From Candidatus Latescibacterota bacterium (GTDB lineage Bacteria > Latescibacterota > UBA2968 > GCA-2709665), in the NCBI GenBank assembly GCA_965219995.1, contig CBDCOX010000002.1, positions 64,001 through 128,000 on the forward strand: DNA of 64,000 nt, read 5' to 3'. The translations under genes and the position numbers were made by a program. The notes under the pieces are model-generated. The model was not told the origin of the DNA. It saw only the letters and a program-made list of their open reading frames with translations, and made no database searches. Below, one piece after another: positions 47,402 to 56,972 of the stretch (its first letter is position 1; each line of letters begins with the position of its first letter).

Positions 47402-48760
47402 TCAACCGTTACTCCCCAGGATTTCGTAGACTCTCGGCGGATGACGGTGGTCCCGGACCTCGCGGAACAGCGCTTCGGCTTCTTGCATCATCCCGGCGCG
47501 GCCGTAATAATAAATCAGGTTGCCGGCTTCGTTGGGTCTGCGTGCAAGCGCCCATACCTTTTCCTGTTTGCCCACGGCCCGCTTCCAATCTCCCAGGTGA
47601 AATGCCAGGTACGTACCCATCTGCCTGAGTGCGATGTACGCCCAGACGGTCTTTTTGTCCAGTCTGTACACCCGCTCATATAGCGGATAGGCCTCGGCCC
47701 ATCGTTTCTGCCGCGCAAGCGACAGTGCCAGGTAGTTGAGACACTCCTGGTTGTCCGGGGCGTGTCCGGCCGCTCGCCGCGCAACCGCCTCCATTGCTTC
47801 GAAGTCCCGCTTCCACAGGAACATCTGCGCTTTCGCGGTAAGCGCAACGATGTCATCCGGCGCATGCGAGAGCCGGGCATCGCACAGCACGATGCAGTTG
47901 TCAACCGCACGTGCCTGCGCTTCTGCGTCGTGCCGCCGCGCGGCAGCGAGCGCCATCGCAACCTCGATCGAATCCGGCCGCGCCTTTGCGGCTCTTTGCA
48001 GCGTTGCCGCTTCTTCCTCGGTTGGTCCATCGAACGGGTCGCCGGTACGGCCCAGTTCCATCATCGCCGCGGGATGGTCGGGGCATACTTCCAGCGCTTC
48101 CCTGAACCGGGCCCGAGCCGCATCGGTCCTCAGGTACAAACGATCCGTCCGTCCCTGCTCCAGGAGACGGGCGATGGTCTGCGCGACGAACCCGTCGGGC
48201 AGGTCGTTCCTGCTCCTTTCGTCCCGTGCCATGCGGAAGACCTCCTTTTGAAGCTGCCTGCGCGCCCGATAGAGGCGCTGTTTTACAGCCCCCTGGGTCG
48301 ATCCCACCCGAAGGGCCACGTCCCGGATGGTATATCCCTCGAGATAGTGCATCGTGAACGCCCGTACACTGGCGCCCGGAAGGCGCGCGAGCAGTTCCTG
48401 TATTGCCTCGTTGCGAAGAACCGGTGCGTCATGATGTGGTTTCGGTTCCGTCGCCGTGCCGGCCGATTCGTTCATGGCCACCCGCCGTCGAGCCTGCCTC
48501 AGCCTGTTCAGGCAGAGGTTCCGAAGGATCCGGCCGACCCATGGTAGAAAACGGGAGGGATCCTCCAGCGCATCCAGCCGCACAAATGCTTTCAGGAATG
48601 CCTCCTGAAGCGCATCCCGTGCGTCTTCGTCGGCGCGCAGGTAACCCAGCGCCTGGCGGAAGAGGCGACTTCCGTGGCGCTTCACCAGGGTCTCGAAAGC
48701 GGCGAGATCGCCCGAGCGCGCTGCGGCGACCAACCGGGCGTCTGTTGACGGTTTTTCCAT
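47402..48760 (-). CDS. ECF RNA polymerase sigma factor with C-terminal TPR extension
   Basis: DARLVAAARSGDLAAFETLVKRH, DALQEAFLKAF (sigma2); YLEGYTIRDVA...VKQRLYRARRQL (sigma4); TPR-like helices follow. Confidence 0.88.
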   Translation of the reverse strand: MEKPSTDARLVAAARSGDLAAFETLVKRHGSRLFRQALGYLRADEDARDALQEAFLKAFVRLDALEDPSRFLPWVGRILRNLCLNRLRQARRRVAMNESAGTATEPKPHHDAPVLRNEAIQELLARLPGASVRAFTMHYLEGYTIRDVALRVGSTQGAVKQRLYRARRQLQKEVFRMARDERSRNDLPDGFVAQTIARLLEQGRTDRLYLRTDAARARFREALEVCPDHPAAMMELGRTGDPFDGPTEEEAATLQRAAKARPDSIEVAMALAAARRHDAEAQARAVDNCIVLCDARLSHAPDDIVALTAKAQMFLWKRDFEAMEAVARRAAGHAPDNQECLNYLALSLARQKRWAEAYPLYERVYRLDKKTVWAYIALRQMGTYLAFHLGDWKRAVGKQEKVWALARRPNEAGNLIYYYGRAGMMQEAEALFREVRDHRHPPRVYEILGSNG

Positions 48761-48869
48761 GGGTCTGCCAGAAAGACACCGCACCGTGGAGGCAGGTAAC
48801 ACCCCGGACTCATGAGGCGTATCTTCCACGCAAAGTTGAAAGCCGATTATTCCTGTATCCCAACACTAC

Positions 48870-48909
48870 AAAAACGGGTTACGTCATATCGACGTAACCC
48901 GTTGTTTTT
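48870..48909 (-). terminator. Terminator downstream of tRNA-Leu
   Basis: AACGGGTTACGTC/GACGTAACCCGTT 13-bp stem with T/A tracts on both sides. Confidence 0.8.
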
Positions 48910-48997
48910 TGGTGCCGAAGGGGGGATTCGAACCCCCACGAGCACAAGGCTCACTGCGCCCTGAACGCAGCGCGTCTACCAGTTCCACCACTTCGGC
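48910..48997 (-). tRNA. tRNA-Leu (anticodon CAG)
   Basis: GCCGAAG acceptor stem, D-loop GGAACTGGTAGAC, anticodon arm CTGCG-TTCAGGG-CGCAG, long variable arm, GGTTCGAATCC T-loop, encoded CCA. Promoter TTGACA-17-TATATT at 49071-49043. Confidence 0.96.
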
Positions 48998-49067
48998 ACA
49001 TGAGCCATTGGCCTGGGGCCGGGACCCGCAGACCGGAAAGGAAATATATAAAACCGCCTTGACCTTG

Positions 49068-49502
49068 TCAAGATTCCTCGGCCACGAACAGGTTCCGGAA
49101 ACCCTCGGGCATCCGCTTCGGTTTCCGGGTGGCGTAATCGAGGAAGGCGATCCCGGTTTTCGCCCTGGCGACTTCGATGCCGGTGTCCCGGTCGGTTATG
49201 CGGTAACAGATGTCGCATCCGATGCGGGTCATGCCGTCCACGGCGACCTGAAAGGTCAGGGTCTGGCCGTAGAACGCTTCGGACTTGTACTGGATGACGG
49301 CGTCGACCATGATGATGCCCACCCCGTCCACGTCCAGTTCGGTGAATCCGTGGCTTTCGAGAAAACGCACCCTGGCCTCGTGGACGAGCGACAGGACGGC
49401 ATTGTTGTCCATGTGCCCGCCGTAGTTGATGTCGGAAACGCGAAGCCGGACGTCGGTGGCGTAGTCGAAGGTCCCGGGGAGTTCAAGTTTGACGCGAGAC
49501 AT
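49068..49502 (-). CDS. Acyl-CoA thioesterase (4HBT/hotdog fold)
   Basis: VRLRVSDINYGGHMDN, VHEARVRFL, AKTGIAFLDY. Confidence 0.88.
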   Translation of the reverse strand: MSRVKLELPGTFDYATDVRLRVSDINYGGHMDNNAVLSLVHEARVRFLESHGFTELDVDGVGIIMVDAVIQYKSEAFYGQTLTFQVAVDGMTRIGCDICYRITDRDTGIEVARAKTGIAFLDYATRKPKRMPEGFRNLFVAEES

Positions 49503-49566
49503 GGTTACGGCCTCGTATTTTTTTCCATGCGATACCCGTTCGATGCCGGAACGGCGCATCCACACG

Positions 49567-52500
49567 TCACGGAAGCGTCAGCCGCCACACGTCGTTCACG
49601 ACAGGCCATGTATTGCCCGCGACCACCCAGAGGCTGTTCTTGAACACGTAGCAGGTGGACTCGTGGCGGGGCGAAAAACGGGTATCGGGTTTGAATTCGT
49701 GCCACTCCCGGCCGTCTTCGGTGTACCAGACGTCGCCCAGGTTTACCGAATTGGCGTTGTCGTACCCGCCGATGATCCAGAGTCTGCCCGCGTAGACCTT
49801 CGGAATGAACCACATCCGCGGCGACCAGGGGGCGTGTTCGAGTACGCGCGTCCAGTGGACGCCGTCCTCCGAACACCAAACATCGTTCAGGGTCGTGTAA
49901 TGCGGGTAGCCCTTTTCGGGCGGGTCGTTGCGCCCGTCGATCCTGCCTCCCATCACCCACAGCCTGTTGTCGTACGCGGCCACGGCGGAGGCGGACCGGT
50001 CGCCGTAGGGGGCGTTGGACGCGACCCGGATCCAGTCAACGCCGTCGCCGGTGCGCCAGACGTCGGTACCGCTGCCAAGCTGCCACATCCTGTCCCGGTA
50101 AATCACGAGTTCGCCGTAACCCCTCGGCCCGAAGGGGGTTTCTTCCAGCACCCGGGTCCAGTCGACGCCGTCCGGCGAAGACCAGACGCTTCCCTTGACG
50201 GCCCACATCTTGTCCTTGTAGGCCACCATTTCGCTGTAGCCGTCGTACGGCGTGGCTTCGCTTACCAGGTGCCAGCTGATGCCGTCGGACGAATTCCAGA
50301 GGTCCCGGGTGAGGATTCCGGAATGGTAGTAGGCGTTGCTGATCCAGAGTTTGTCCTGAAACACCACGTCTTCGGACGTATCGCGCGGCGTGAACGGCGC
50401 ATTGCGGACCAGGTTGATCCAGTCGCCGGTCCGGGTGGCGCTGACGTCGGAGGCGTTGATGCGCAGGCTGGTCACGGTGGGGATTTCGATTGTCGCCGGG
50501 CCCGTCCACGACCGCCCCGGAAAGAACAGGAGGCGGCCGCCCTTCGCGGTGATTTCGTACCCGGGGTCATCCTCCAGCTCCAGCAGAGCGCCGCCGGCTT
50601 CCGGGTGTTGGAGGGTTTTGATCTTGTGACCGTAGGTGAATCCGTCGCCGTCCTTGACAATGGCGGTAAGGCCCGCGAGGTCCACGCCGGTGGGAAGATC
50701 GGTGTCTATGACGAGTCCGTCCACGTCGTCGCCGTCAGCCTTTCGTAGCGCCTTGAGGACGCTACCGGTACGTGTGCCCCGGCCGCCGAGCTTTCGGATT
50801 CCCTTCTGGAGAAGCGTGCCCCCGATGAGGATCAACTCTTCGACTTCGCCGTTCCGTTCACGGACAAAGCCGACGCGGCCGCGGAAGCGGAGGTCGCCGC
50901 ACTCGAGCGTGCGGTTCTCGTCCGACGCGGAAAGGATATAGTCGGTGATGCCGCCGGCTTCGACTCTCAGGACGATGTCATCGTCGGTGCCGCCCTGCGC
51001 ATCGAGGCGGTCCACGCCGGTGACGGCGGGCCGGTCTCCGCGGGGTTCCAGGACGGTACTGAAGAGCGTGGAGAGGTTCTCGCCTTCCCGGCGATGGAGG
51101 AGCATGGGCATGGTGATGGCGTCCAGAAGGGTGTCGTCCTCGTCCGCATTCCGGATGGAGGGCGCCCGGGCCGTGAAGAGGTCTCCGCCCGGGCCGGTCA
51201 GGCTGTAAACGCGGACCGAACCCTCGGGTGACGCCTGGCTGGTGAACGTCGCACGCCACGGCCGGGAGACTTCGGCGCGCCGTACGTCGCGGATGAACGC
51301 GTATCCCAGGTTGTGTCCCCCGGCGTCGCCCTTGACGCTCTCTCCGGTGGGCAGGGTGGCGGTCACGCCCGCCGGGAGCAGCGTTTCGGCGTGGGGCTCG
51401 GCGGGAAGGTCGGTCTCGACCGCGCCGTCGTGGTCCGCGTCGCCTGCCAGGATGTACTCGTGACGACGGCCGCCCGCGACCCTGAACAGGTCGACGACGT
51501 ACGTCTGTTCCGATGAAAGACCGATCTGTAACAGCATCCGCCGATAGGTGGACGTGACGCCCGGATAGGCGCGGTCGCCCGAGGCTTCGATCGCCTGGAA
51601 CGTATCGCTGTTCGGTACGAAAAGCAGGAGGTTGCCGTCCGAGGGCGCATTTTCGGAGCCGAACGCCTGGTCCTTGCCGTCCACGGCAACCGTGTTATGC
51701 GACAGCGTGCTGATCGTCCAGCACCGGTGGCGCGTGTGGGTATACCCGATGTCGCTCAGGCGCTCCTGGCCGCGCGCGTAGAGGGTAATGCTCAGGAGAT
51801 CCGCGTGCTGGTGGCCGTATCCGCCGGAGAAGTGGAGGTACGTCTGCGTGCGGTCGTCTCCGCTGCCCGTACTCAGACGGGCGTGGCCCATGCCCGGCAG
51901 GAGCATCGGGCCCGTCGATTCGGGGGCATCTCGCCGTCCTTTTGCCCAGGTGTCGTGGGTGGGGACCACGCGGCCGTTGGGATAACAGAGAAGCTCTGGG
52001 ATGCCCGCGGCCTTTGTCAGGATGGGGAAACGGGCGTTCAGGTCCAGATTGTCGTAGCGTTCCCCGTCGTCGGGATGCACGTATCCGTCCGGGTCGCTGT
52101 AGCCGTCCAGTCTCTCCATCACCTGACGCAGCCCGCCGATGGTCTGGTTGTGGTACGAGATCGCTCCTTCGCGCCATACCCCGTCCACGAGGAAGTTGAC
52201 GGCGATGAGCCGCGAGATACGGTCGACCACGTCGTGAATGTAGTCGGGTTCCTTCAGGACCCGTCCCGCCGCGACCATGCCGCGCAGAAGCGTGGGATCC
52301 ATGTTGCCGAGCGCCGGCGGGAATCCCCGAACGAAGGCTACGCTCGCGTGGAGGAACTCGTCCTCGATGCGACGAATCATGGTTTCGTCCAGTTCCCCGC
52401 TGTCCCGGATCAGGTCGTAGGCGTAGATCAGGTTCTCCGGTATGTCCATGTAGGCCCACCAGTCCCACTTGGAGGCCCGGTAATCCTGGACCGGATAGGG

Positions 52501-53112
52501 AAAGCCCTGGCTGCCCGGGAAAATGATCTTCTGCCGGAAGGGCAGGTCGTGGTGAACGCAGTACCCGGGATAGACCTCGGCGAACCGGTTCAGAATGAGG
52601 GCCGCACGCCGGGCGAGGGAACGGTCTCCCGTCGCAAAGTAGAGCGTCGCCAGGTCATGGGCGGCGTTGGCGAACCAGGCCCGCGCCCGGTACCACCCCT
52701 TTGCCTGGAAGAAGTGCCTGTACCCGGAGTCGTCCTCCCAGTACGGATACTCCTGTGTCTCGCCAACGGGATTGACGACGCTCAGAATTCCGGTATCCGG
52801 AAATCTCTCGTTGGGATACTTCAGGCCGCAGTATTTGCAGAAGACGCGGTCCGGGTCTTCGAAGGTCCAGTCGATCTGTCCCTCCTGCGCGCCGCCGTCG
52901 CAGTTGGGACAGTCCACGAAGTAGATGCCCGCGCGGTGGGGAATGCGGCGCAGAAGCTCGCGTTCCGACAGCGAGATGACGGGTTCGAGGTTCCGGCGCA
53001 GGCGCTCCACGTCGGAATCGTCCAGGTCGGGCGGAAAGACTGGGTCCGCGCCGGCGGGGTCGGGCCGGAGCGCGAGAAGGATCAGGACGAGCACGAGGGC
53101 GAACATCAGCAT
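49567..53112 (-). CDS. Secreted heparinase II/III-family protein with C-terminal Kelch-like propeller
   Basis: Signal peptide; DGVWREGAISYH, GHQHADLLSITLY, DIGY and TLSHNTVAVDG heparinase II/III motifs; C-terminal repeats LWVMGG..NDVWCSEDGVHW, APWSPR, LWIIGG. Confidence 0.82.
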   Translation of the reverse strand: MLMFALVLVLILLALRPDPAGADPVFPPDLDDSDVERLRRNLEPVISLSERELLRRIPHRAGIYFVDCPNCDGGAQEGQIDWTFEDPDRVFCKYCGLKYPNERFPDTGILSVVNPVGETQEYPYWEDDSGYRHFFQAKGWYRARAWFANAAHDLATLYFATGDRSLARRAALILNRFAEVYPGYCVHHDLPFRQKIIFPGSQGFPYPVQDYRASKWDWWAYMDIPENLIYAYDLIRDSGELDETMIRRIEDEFLHASVAFVRGFPPALGNMDPTLLRGMVAAGRVLKEPDYIHDVVDRISRLIAVNFLVDGVWREGAISYHNQTIGGLRQVMERLDGYSDPDGYVHPDDGERYDNLDLNARFPILTKAAGIPELLCYPNGRVVPTHDTWAKGRRDAPESTGPMLLPGMGHARLSTGSGDDRTQTYLHFSGGYGHQHADLLSITLYARGQERLSDIGYTHTRHRCWTISTLSHNTVAVDGKDQAFGSENAPSDGNLLLFVPNSDTFQAIEASGDRAYPGVTSTYRRMLLQIGLSSEQTYVVDLFRVAGGRRHEYILAGDADHDGAVETDLPAEPHAETLLPAGVTATLPTGESVKGDAGGHNLGYAFIRDVRRAEVSRPWRATFTSQASPEGSVRVYSLTGPGGDLFTARAPSIRNADEDDTLLDAITMPMLLHRREGENLSTLFSTVLEPRGDRPAVTGVDRLDAQGGTDDDIVLRVEAGGITDYILSASDENRTLECGDLRFRGRVGFVRERNGEVEELILIGGTLLQKGIRKLGGRGTRTGSVLKALRKADGDDVDGLVIDTDLPTGVDLAGLTAIVKDGDGFTYGHKIKTLQHPEAGGALLELEDDPGYEITAKGGRLLFFPGRSWTGPATIEIPTVTSLRINASDVSATRTGDWINLVRNAPFTPRDTSEDVVFQDKLWISNAYYHSGILTRDLWNSSDGISWHLVSEATPYDGYSEMVAYKDKMWAVKGSVWSSPDGVDWTRVLEETPFGPRGYGELVIYRDRMWQLGSGTDVWRTGDGVDWIRVASNAPYGDRSASAVAAYDNRLWVMGGRIDGRNDPPEKGYPHYTTLNDVWCSEDGVHWTRVLEHAPWSPRMWFIPKVYAGRLWIIGGYDNANSVNLGDVWYTEDGREWHEFKPDTRFSPRHESTCYVFKNSLWVVAGNTWPVVNDVWRLTLP

Positions 53113-53248
53113 GACGGGATATCCTCTCGATTCTGAACGATTCGCAATGGCTGCAACGCCCATGTCGGTAACGAACGGCTGGCGGCGGCTCGAACGTTCG
53201 ATGACGGCCGGGTCCGAAACGTCGCACCGTCCGGGTTCGGGGCGTGCG

Positions 53249-54814
53249 TCATGGTCGGCTCGCCGGCGATGCGTTGCGGCGCAGCACCCTGCCCGGCAGC
53301 GCGCCGGTTGGGGCGCCCCCTTCCACGGCCGGCGTTCCGTTGACCAGCACGTACGGGATCCCCACGGGACCTCCGGTGGGGTTCTCGAACGTGGCGGTCG
53401 AGTTGACGGTCTCCGGATCGAAGATCACGATGTCGGCGGCGTTGCCTTCGGCGATTTCGCCGCGGTCGGCGAGGCCGAATCGCCGGGCGGGGAAGCCGCT
53501 CATCTTGTGGATGGCTTCCGCGAGAGAGATCAGGTTCTTCTCGCGGACGATTTCACCGGGTACGCGTGCGAAACACCCGAATCCCCTGGGGTGGGGGTGG
53601 CGCACGTTGTAGATGCCGTCGCTCGCGACCATCATCCGAGGGTGCGTTGCGGTATTCCTGACCGTGGTTTCGTTGGTCTCGGGGGTGTCCTGCCACGGAA
53701 AAATGTACGTGGACAGGCCGTCCTCCTCCAGGATGAGATCGTAGGCGAAGTCCTCCGGAGCGACGCCCGCCCCCGCGGCCAGGTCCGACAGGGTGGCGCC
53801 GACGTAGCGTCCTGATCGGGTGTGTCCGACCACCTGGTTGCAGGCGCCCAGCCAGCCGCGGAGATGGGGAAGGACCCGTTCCTTCACACCGGGGTTCGCC
53901 AGGTGATCCAGGACGTCTCCCGGAGCACCGATCTGGTCCTCAACGGGGAGCATGATGGTCATGTGGGACATGCCGGCAGGGTAGAGATAGGACTCGAAGG
54001 TGAGGTCGATATCCTCCCTGTCGGCAATTTCCAGTAGCTCGGCGCCCTCCCGGTCGGCCCGCTCATGGGAATGGTGTACGGGAATGCCGGACTGACGGAA
54101 GATTTCGAAGGTCTCCTTCCAGGCATCCGCCCGTCCGAGAATGTGGTTGCGGATGTGCGCCGCGTAAATGCCGCCGTAGGAAGCGGCCACTTTGCACAGT
54201 TCCACCAGTTCGCGCAGGTCGGAATTTGCGCTCGGCTGGTAGTCCAGCCCCAGGCAGAGGCAGCCCGCGCCCGCTTCCATCCATTGCCGCACCAGGTCGG
54301 CCATGGCGGCGATCTGCGTATCGGTGGCGGGACCGGGCGACCATCCGCAGACATTAAGGCGCACGGCGCAGTGGGGCACCTGCGGGTAGACGTTGCAGGG
54401 ACTGTTCCCGGGAAACAGTTTCAGGTAGTCTTCAATGGATTCCCAGGTGAGGTCCAGATCCGCCGATCCGGCGGCGAACCGGGTGTACTCCCACATCTGT
54501 CCTCGCAGGTCCGGAGACAACGGCGCCCATCCGAAGCCGTCGGGCGCGAGGAGCTGCGTGGTAACGCCCTGGACGACACCCGCAAAGCGGTGGATTCCGG
54601 TCAGCAGGGCGGGCTCGCAATGCACGTGCACGTCGATGAATCCGGGACAGACCACGTGGCCGCGGGCATCGATCTCCCGTTTCGCCTCAACATTCGAGAG
54701 GCTGTCCACGGCGGCGATCCGGTCGCCCTGTACGGCGATATCCGCCGGGAACGGGTCTCTACGGCCTGTCCCGTCGACCACGAGGCCGTTGCGGATGAGG
54801 GTGTCGAACGTCAT
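53249..54814 (-). CDS. N-acyl-D-amino-acid deacylase family amidohydrolase
   Basis: IRNGLVVDGTG, PGFIDVHVH, QGVTT, HPRGFGCFAR, DRGEIAEGNAADIVIFDP. Confidence 0.88.
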   Translation of the reverse strand: MTFDTLIRNGLVVDGTGRRDPFPADIAVQGDRIAAVDSLSNVEAKREIDARGHVVCPGFIDVHVHCEPALLTGIHRFAGVVQGVTTQLLAPDGFGWAPLSPDLRGQMWEYTRFAAGSADLDLTWESIEDYLKLFPGNSPCNVYPQVPHCAVRLNVCGWSPGPATDTQIAAMADLVRQWMEAGAGCLCLGLDYQPSANSDLRELVELCKVAASYGGIYAAHIRNHILGRADAWKETFEIFRQSGIPVHHSHERADREGAELLEIADREDIDLTFESYLYPAGMSHMTIMLPVEDQIGAPGDVLDHLANPGVKERVLPHLRGWLGACNQVVGHTRSGRYVGATLSDLAAGAGVAPEDFAYDLILEEDGLSTYIFPWQDTPETNETTVRNTATHPRMMVASDGIYNVRHPHPRGFGCFARVPGEIVREKNLISLAEAIHKMSGFPARRFGLADRGEIAEGNAADIVIFDPETVNSTATFENPTGGPVGIPYVLVNGTPAVEGGAPTGALPGRVLRRNASPASRP

Positions 54815-54914
54815 GGGATACACCTTCGGAGAAGCGCGTTGGCGGGCCGGTTGAGATTGCGAACCGAAGATAAACAGGATTTCTCTTCGGCGCACCGGAA
54901 TTCAAAACAGCTTC

Positions 54915-56882
54915 CTACCAGTCGTTGAGCTTGTGGCCGTCTCCGTTGAACCAGAAAACGTCCGCGACGACCCCCAGACCCACGCCGACGAGATATCCCA
55001 TGAACATGCCCAGAAAGAGGGGTGTCAGGCGTCTGTAGCTGTTGAGGCCGCCGAATCTCATGATAAGGGCTTTGGTGAACCACGCGATAAAAATGGAGGT
55101 GACGCTGCTTCTGAGTACATTGGAGGCGGAAATGGTGAATCCGATGGGATGAATGGGGAATCCCGGAAAGCGGTATCGCAGGAAGACGAGGAGGCCGGTG
55201 AACGCGGCGCCGATGCCGAAGAACCCGACGCGGTCCCAGCTTGTGCCGGCCGTCCCCTGCTGGATGCGGGCGGCCGTATATCGCCAGATGCCAACGGCGC
55301 CGTCGCCGGAGCCGTTGAAGCTGACCACGCCGAAGTTATAGCTGCCCACGCCGTAGTAGCCGTGGTAGAGAATGAAGGCGATCACGGAAAGGGCGCCGCC
55401 AAGGGCGCCCAGGAGAACGCCGGGCGCCAGCAGCCGTCGGCGTTCGGGCCGCATGGCCACGCCCAGCCTGGGGACGTGGGCCAGAGCGGTGATCGCCCAG
55501 GTCTTGGCGTCGCAGAAAAAGGTGTAGGTCAGGCCCAGGGCAACCGCGCTGTGCGGACCCATTCCGGAAATGCCGAAAAGGTGCCACGTAAACGCCTGCG
55601 CCGTAATGGGGCCGCGCAGATACACGAGGCCGCTTTCCACGATAATGCGCGCCAGACCCAGGTAGAGCGCGAGGGTGGCGAACCAGAAAGCGATCAGGGG
55701 GCCGGCGGCCATCCCGGCGCGGAAAAGCCACACGAGCAGGTACGCGCATCCGGCCAGGAGCAGAACTACCGCCGTGCGGTAGGAGATGAGTTCGTTTGAG
55801 TCGTCGACGTCGTCGACTGCGCCCGTACCTCTGGTGCTCGCCGCGCGCGCAAAGGCCTTCCTGAATACCGCGGCCAGGTGGCTCCGGGCAACCCAGAGCC
55901 CCCAGCCCGCAAAAACCGTGAGACCGCCGAAGCTCTGCCAGCCGATGGCGGGATCGAAGGAGCACCACATATCAGAACCGCCGATACTGAAGCCCAGGCG
56001 GTTGAAGACGCCCACCTGCAGGATGGCCAGAAGGTGGAAGAGCCAGATGCTGAACAGGACGCTGGATTCGGTGAAGTACGCGAACGCGATCGTCATCGGA
56101 TGGATGGAAAATGCAAAGTAGGGGAAACCCTCGCCGATCCGGATCACCTTGCGGCTGAGGACCGTCATGGGTACGTCCAGTACGGGTATGGCCCTGACGA
56201 ACCACGTCGCGATATTCCAGCAGAAGATGGCGACGACCAGCCAGAAACCGAACCGGAACAGGCGTGACCGGACCAGGGTGGCCAGACTGCGCCCGGAACC
56301 GGAGTCGCCGGTGAGCTCGAGCACGGCGGTGGCGATCGGGAACGTGAGGCGTTCGTTGTCCATCCACTGTTTGCGGAGGATGACGACCAGGCAGAAGCTG
56401 ACGGTAAGCACCGAACCGAGGAATCCGCCCCACCAGAAAACCGGCGCCGCCCAGGCGCTCCAGGGGAATTCCTGGCCCTTGAACAGACTCTCGTAAAAGC
56501 CCGTTGCGGCCGTTGGATCCGCGACGATGGTCCAGGAGGGGACCCTGGAGAGCAGGTGTTCGGCCCATTGATTCTCGGGTGTCGCAAAATAGGTGGGCGC
56601 CGTAACCACGCCCAGCAGGTATCCCGAAAGCCACTCCCCCTGCATGGTCGCCGCGACCATTCCAATACAGCAGATGGACACCAATTCCGAGGCCGACAGG
56701 CCGCGACCTCGACGATAGAGGGGCAGATTGAGTGCGAGCAGGCAAATGAAGGGAATCAGCAGGGCTACCGACAGGTGCGCATAGTCGGCGCGCGAGGAAT
56801 GCGCGATGAGGCTGGAGTAGGTGGGCCAGAGGTTGACCCAGACGGCCATGGACAGGCCGACGAGGAGCGCGCGCAGCGTCAT
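54915..56882 (-). CDS. DUF6785/DUF6784 multi-pass membrane protein (putative OPT-like transporter)
   Basis: Many TM helices; ILRKQWMDNERLTFPI, RIIVESG, FPIHPIGF, PLFLGMFMG. Confidence 0.75.
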   Translation of the reverse strand: MTLRALLVGLSMAVWVNLWPTYSSLIAHSSRADYAHLSVALLIPFICLLALNLPLYRRGRGLSASELVSICCIGMVAATMQGEWLSGYLLGVVTAPTYFATPENQWAEHLLSRVPSWTIVADPTAATGFYESLFKGQEFPWSAWAAPVFWWGGFLGSVLTVSFCLVVILRKQWMDNERLTFPIATAVLELTGDSGSGRSLATLVRSRLFRFGFWLVVAIFCWNIATWFVRAIPVLDVPMTVLSRKVIRIGEGFPYFAFSIHPMTIAFAYFTESSVLFSIWLFHLLAILQVGVFNRLGFSIGGSDMWCSFDPAIGWQSFGGLTVFAGWGLWVARSHLAAVFRKAFARAASTRGTGAVDDVDDSNELISYRTAVVLLLAGCAYLLVWLFRAGMAAGPLIAFWFATLALYLGLARIIVESGLVYLRGPITAQAFTWHLFGISGMGPHSAVALGLTYTFFCDAKTWAITALAHVPRLGVAMRPERRRLLAPGVLLGALGGALSVIAFILYHGYYGVGSYNFGVVSFNGSGDGAVGIWRYTAARIQQGTAGTSWDRVGFFGIGAAFTGLLVFLRYRFPGFPIHPIGFTISASNVLRSSVTSIFIAWFTKALIMRFGGLNSYRRLTPLFLGMFMGYLVGVGLGVVADVFWFNGDGHKLNDW

Positions 56883-56972
56883 GATGTCCGCCGTCGGATG
56901 TCGGTACGCGGTGGGGCCGAACCTGATGGTGCGGTCGGCGCGGCTTCAAATCCTGTCGATACGGAGTTGGGT

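Noticed and set aside
48910-48997. tRNA-Leu as an island or prophage integration site
   Set aside because: No integrase nearby and no duplicated tRNA 3' end seen in the window.
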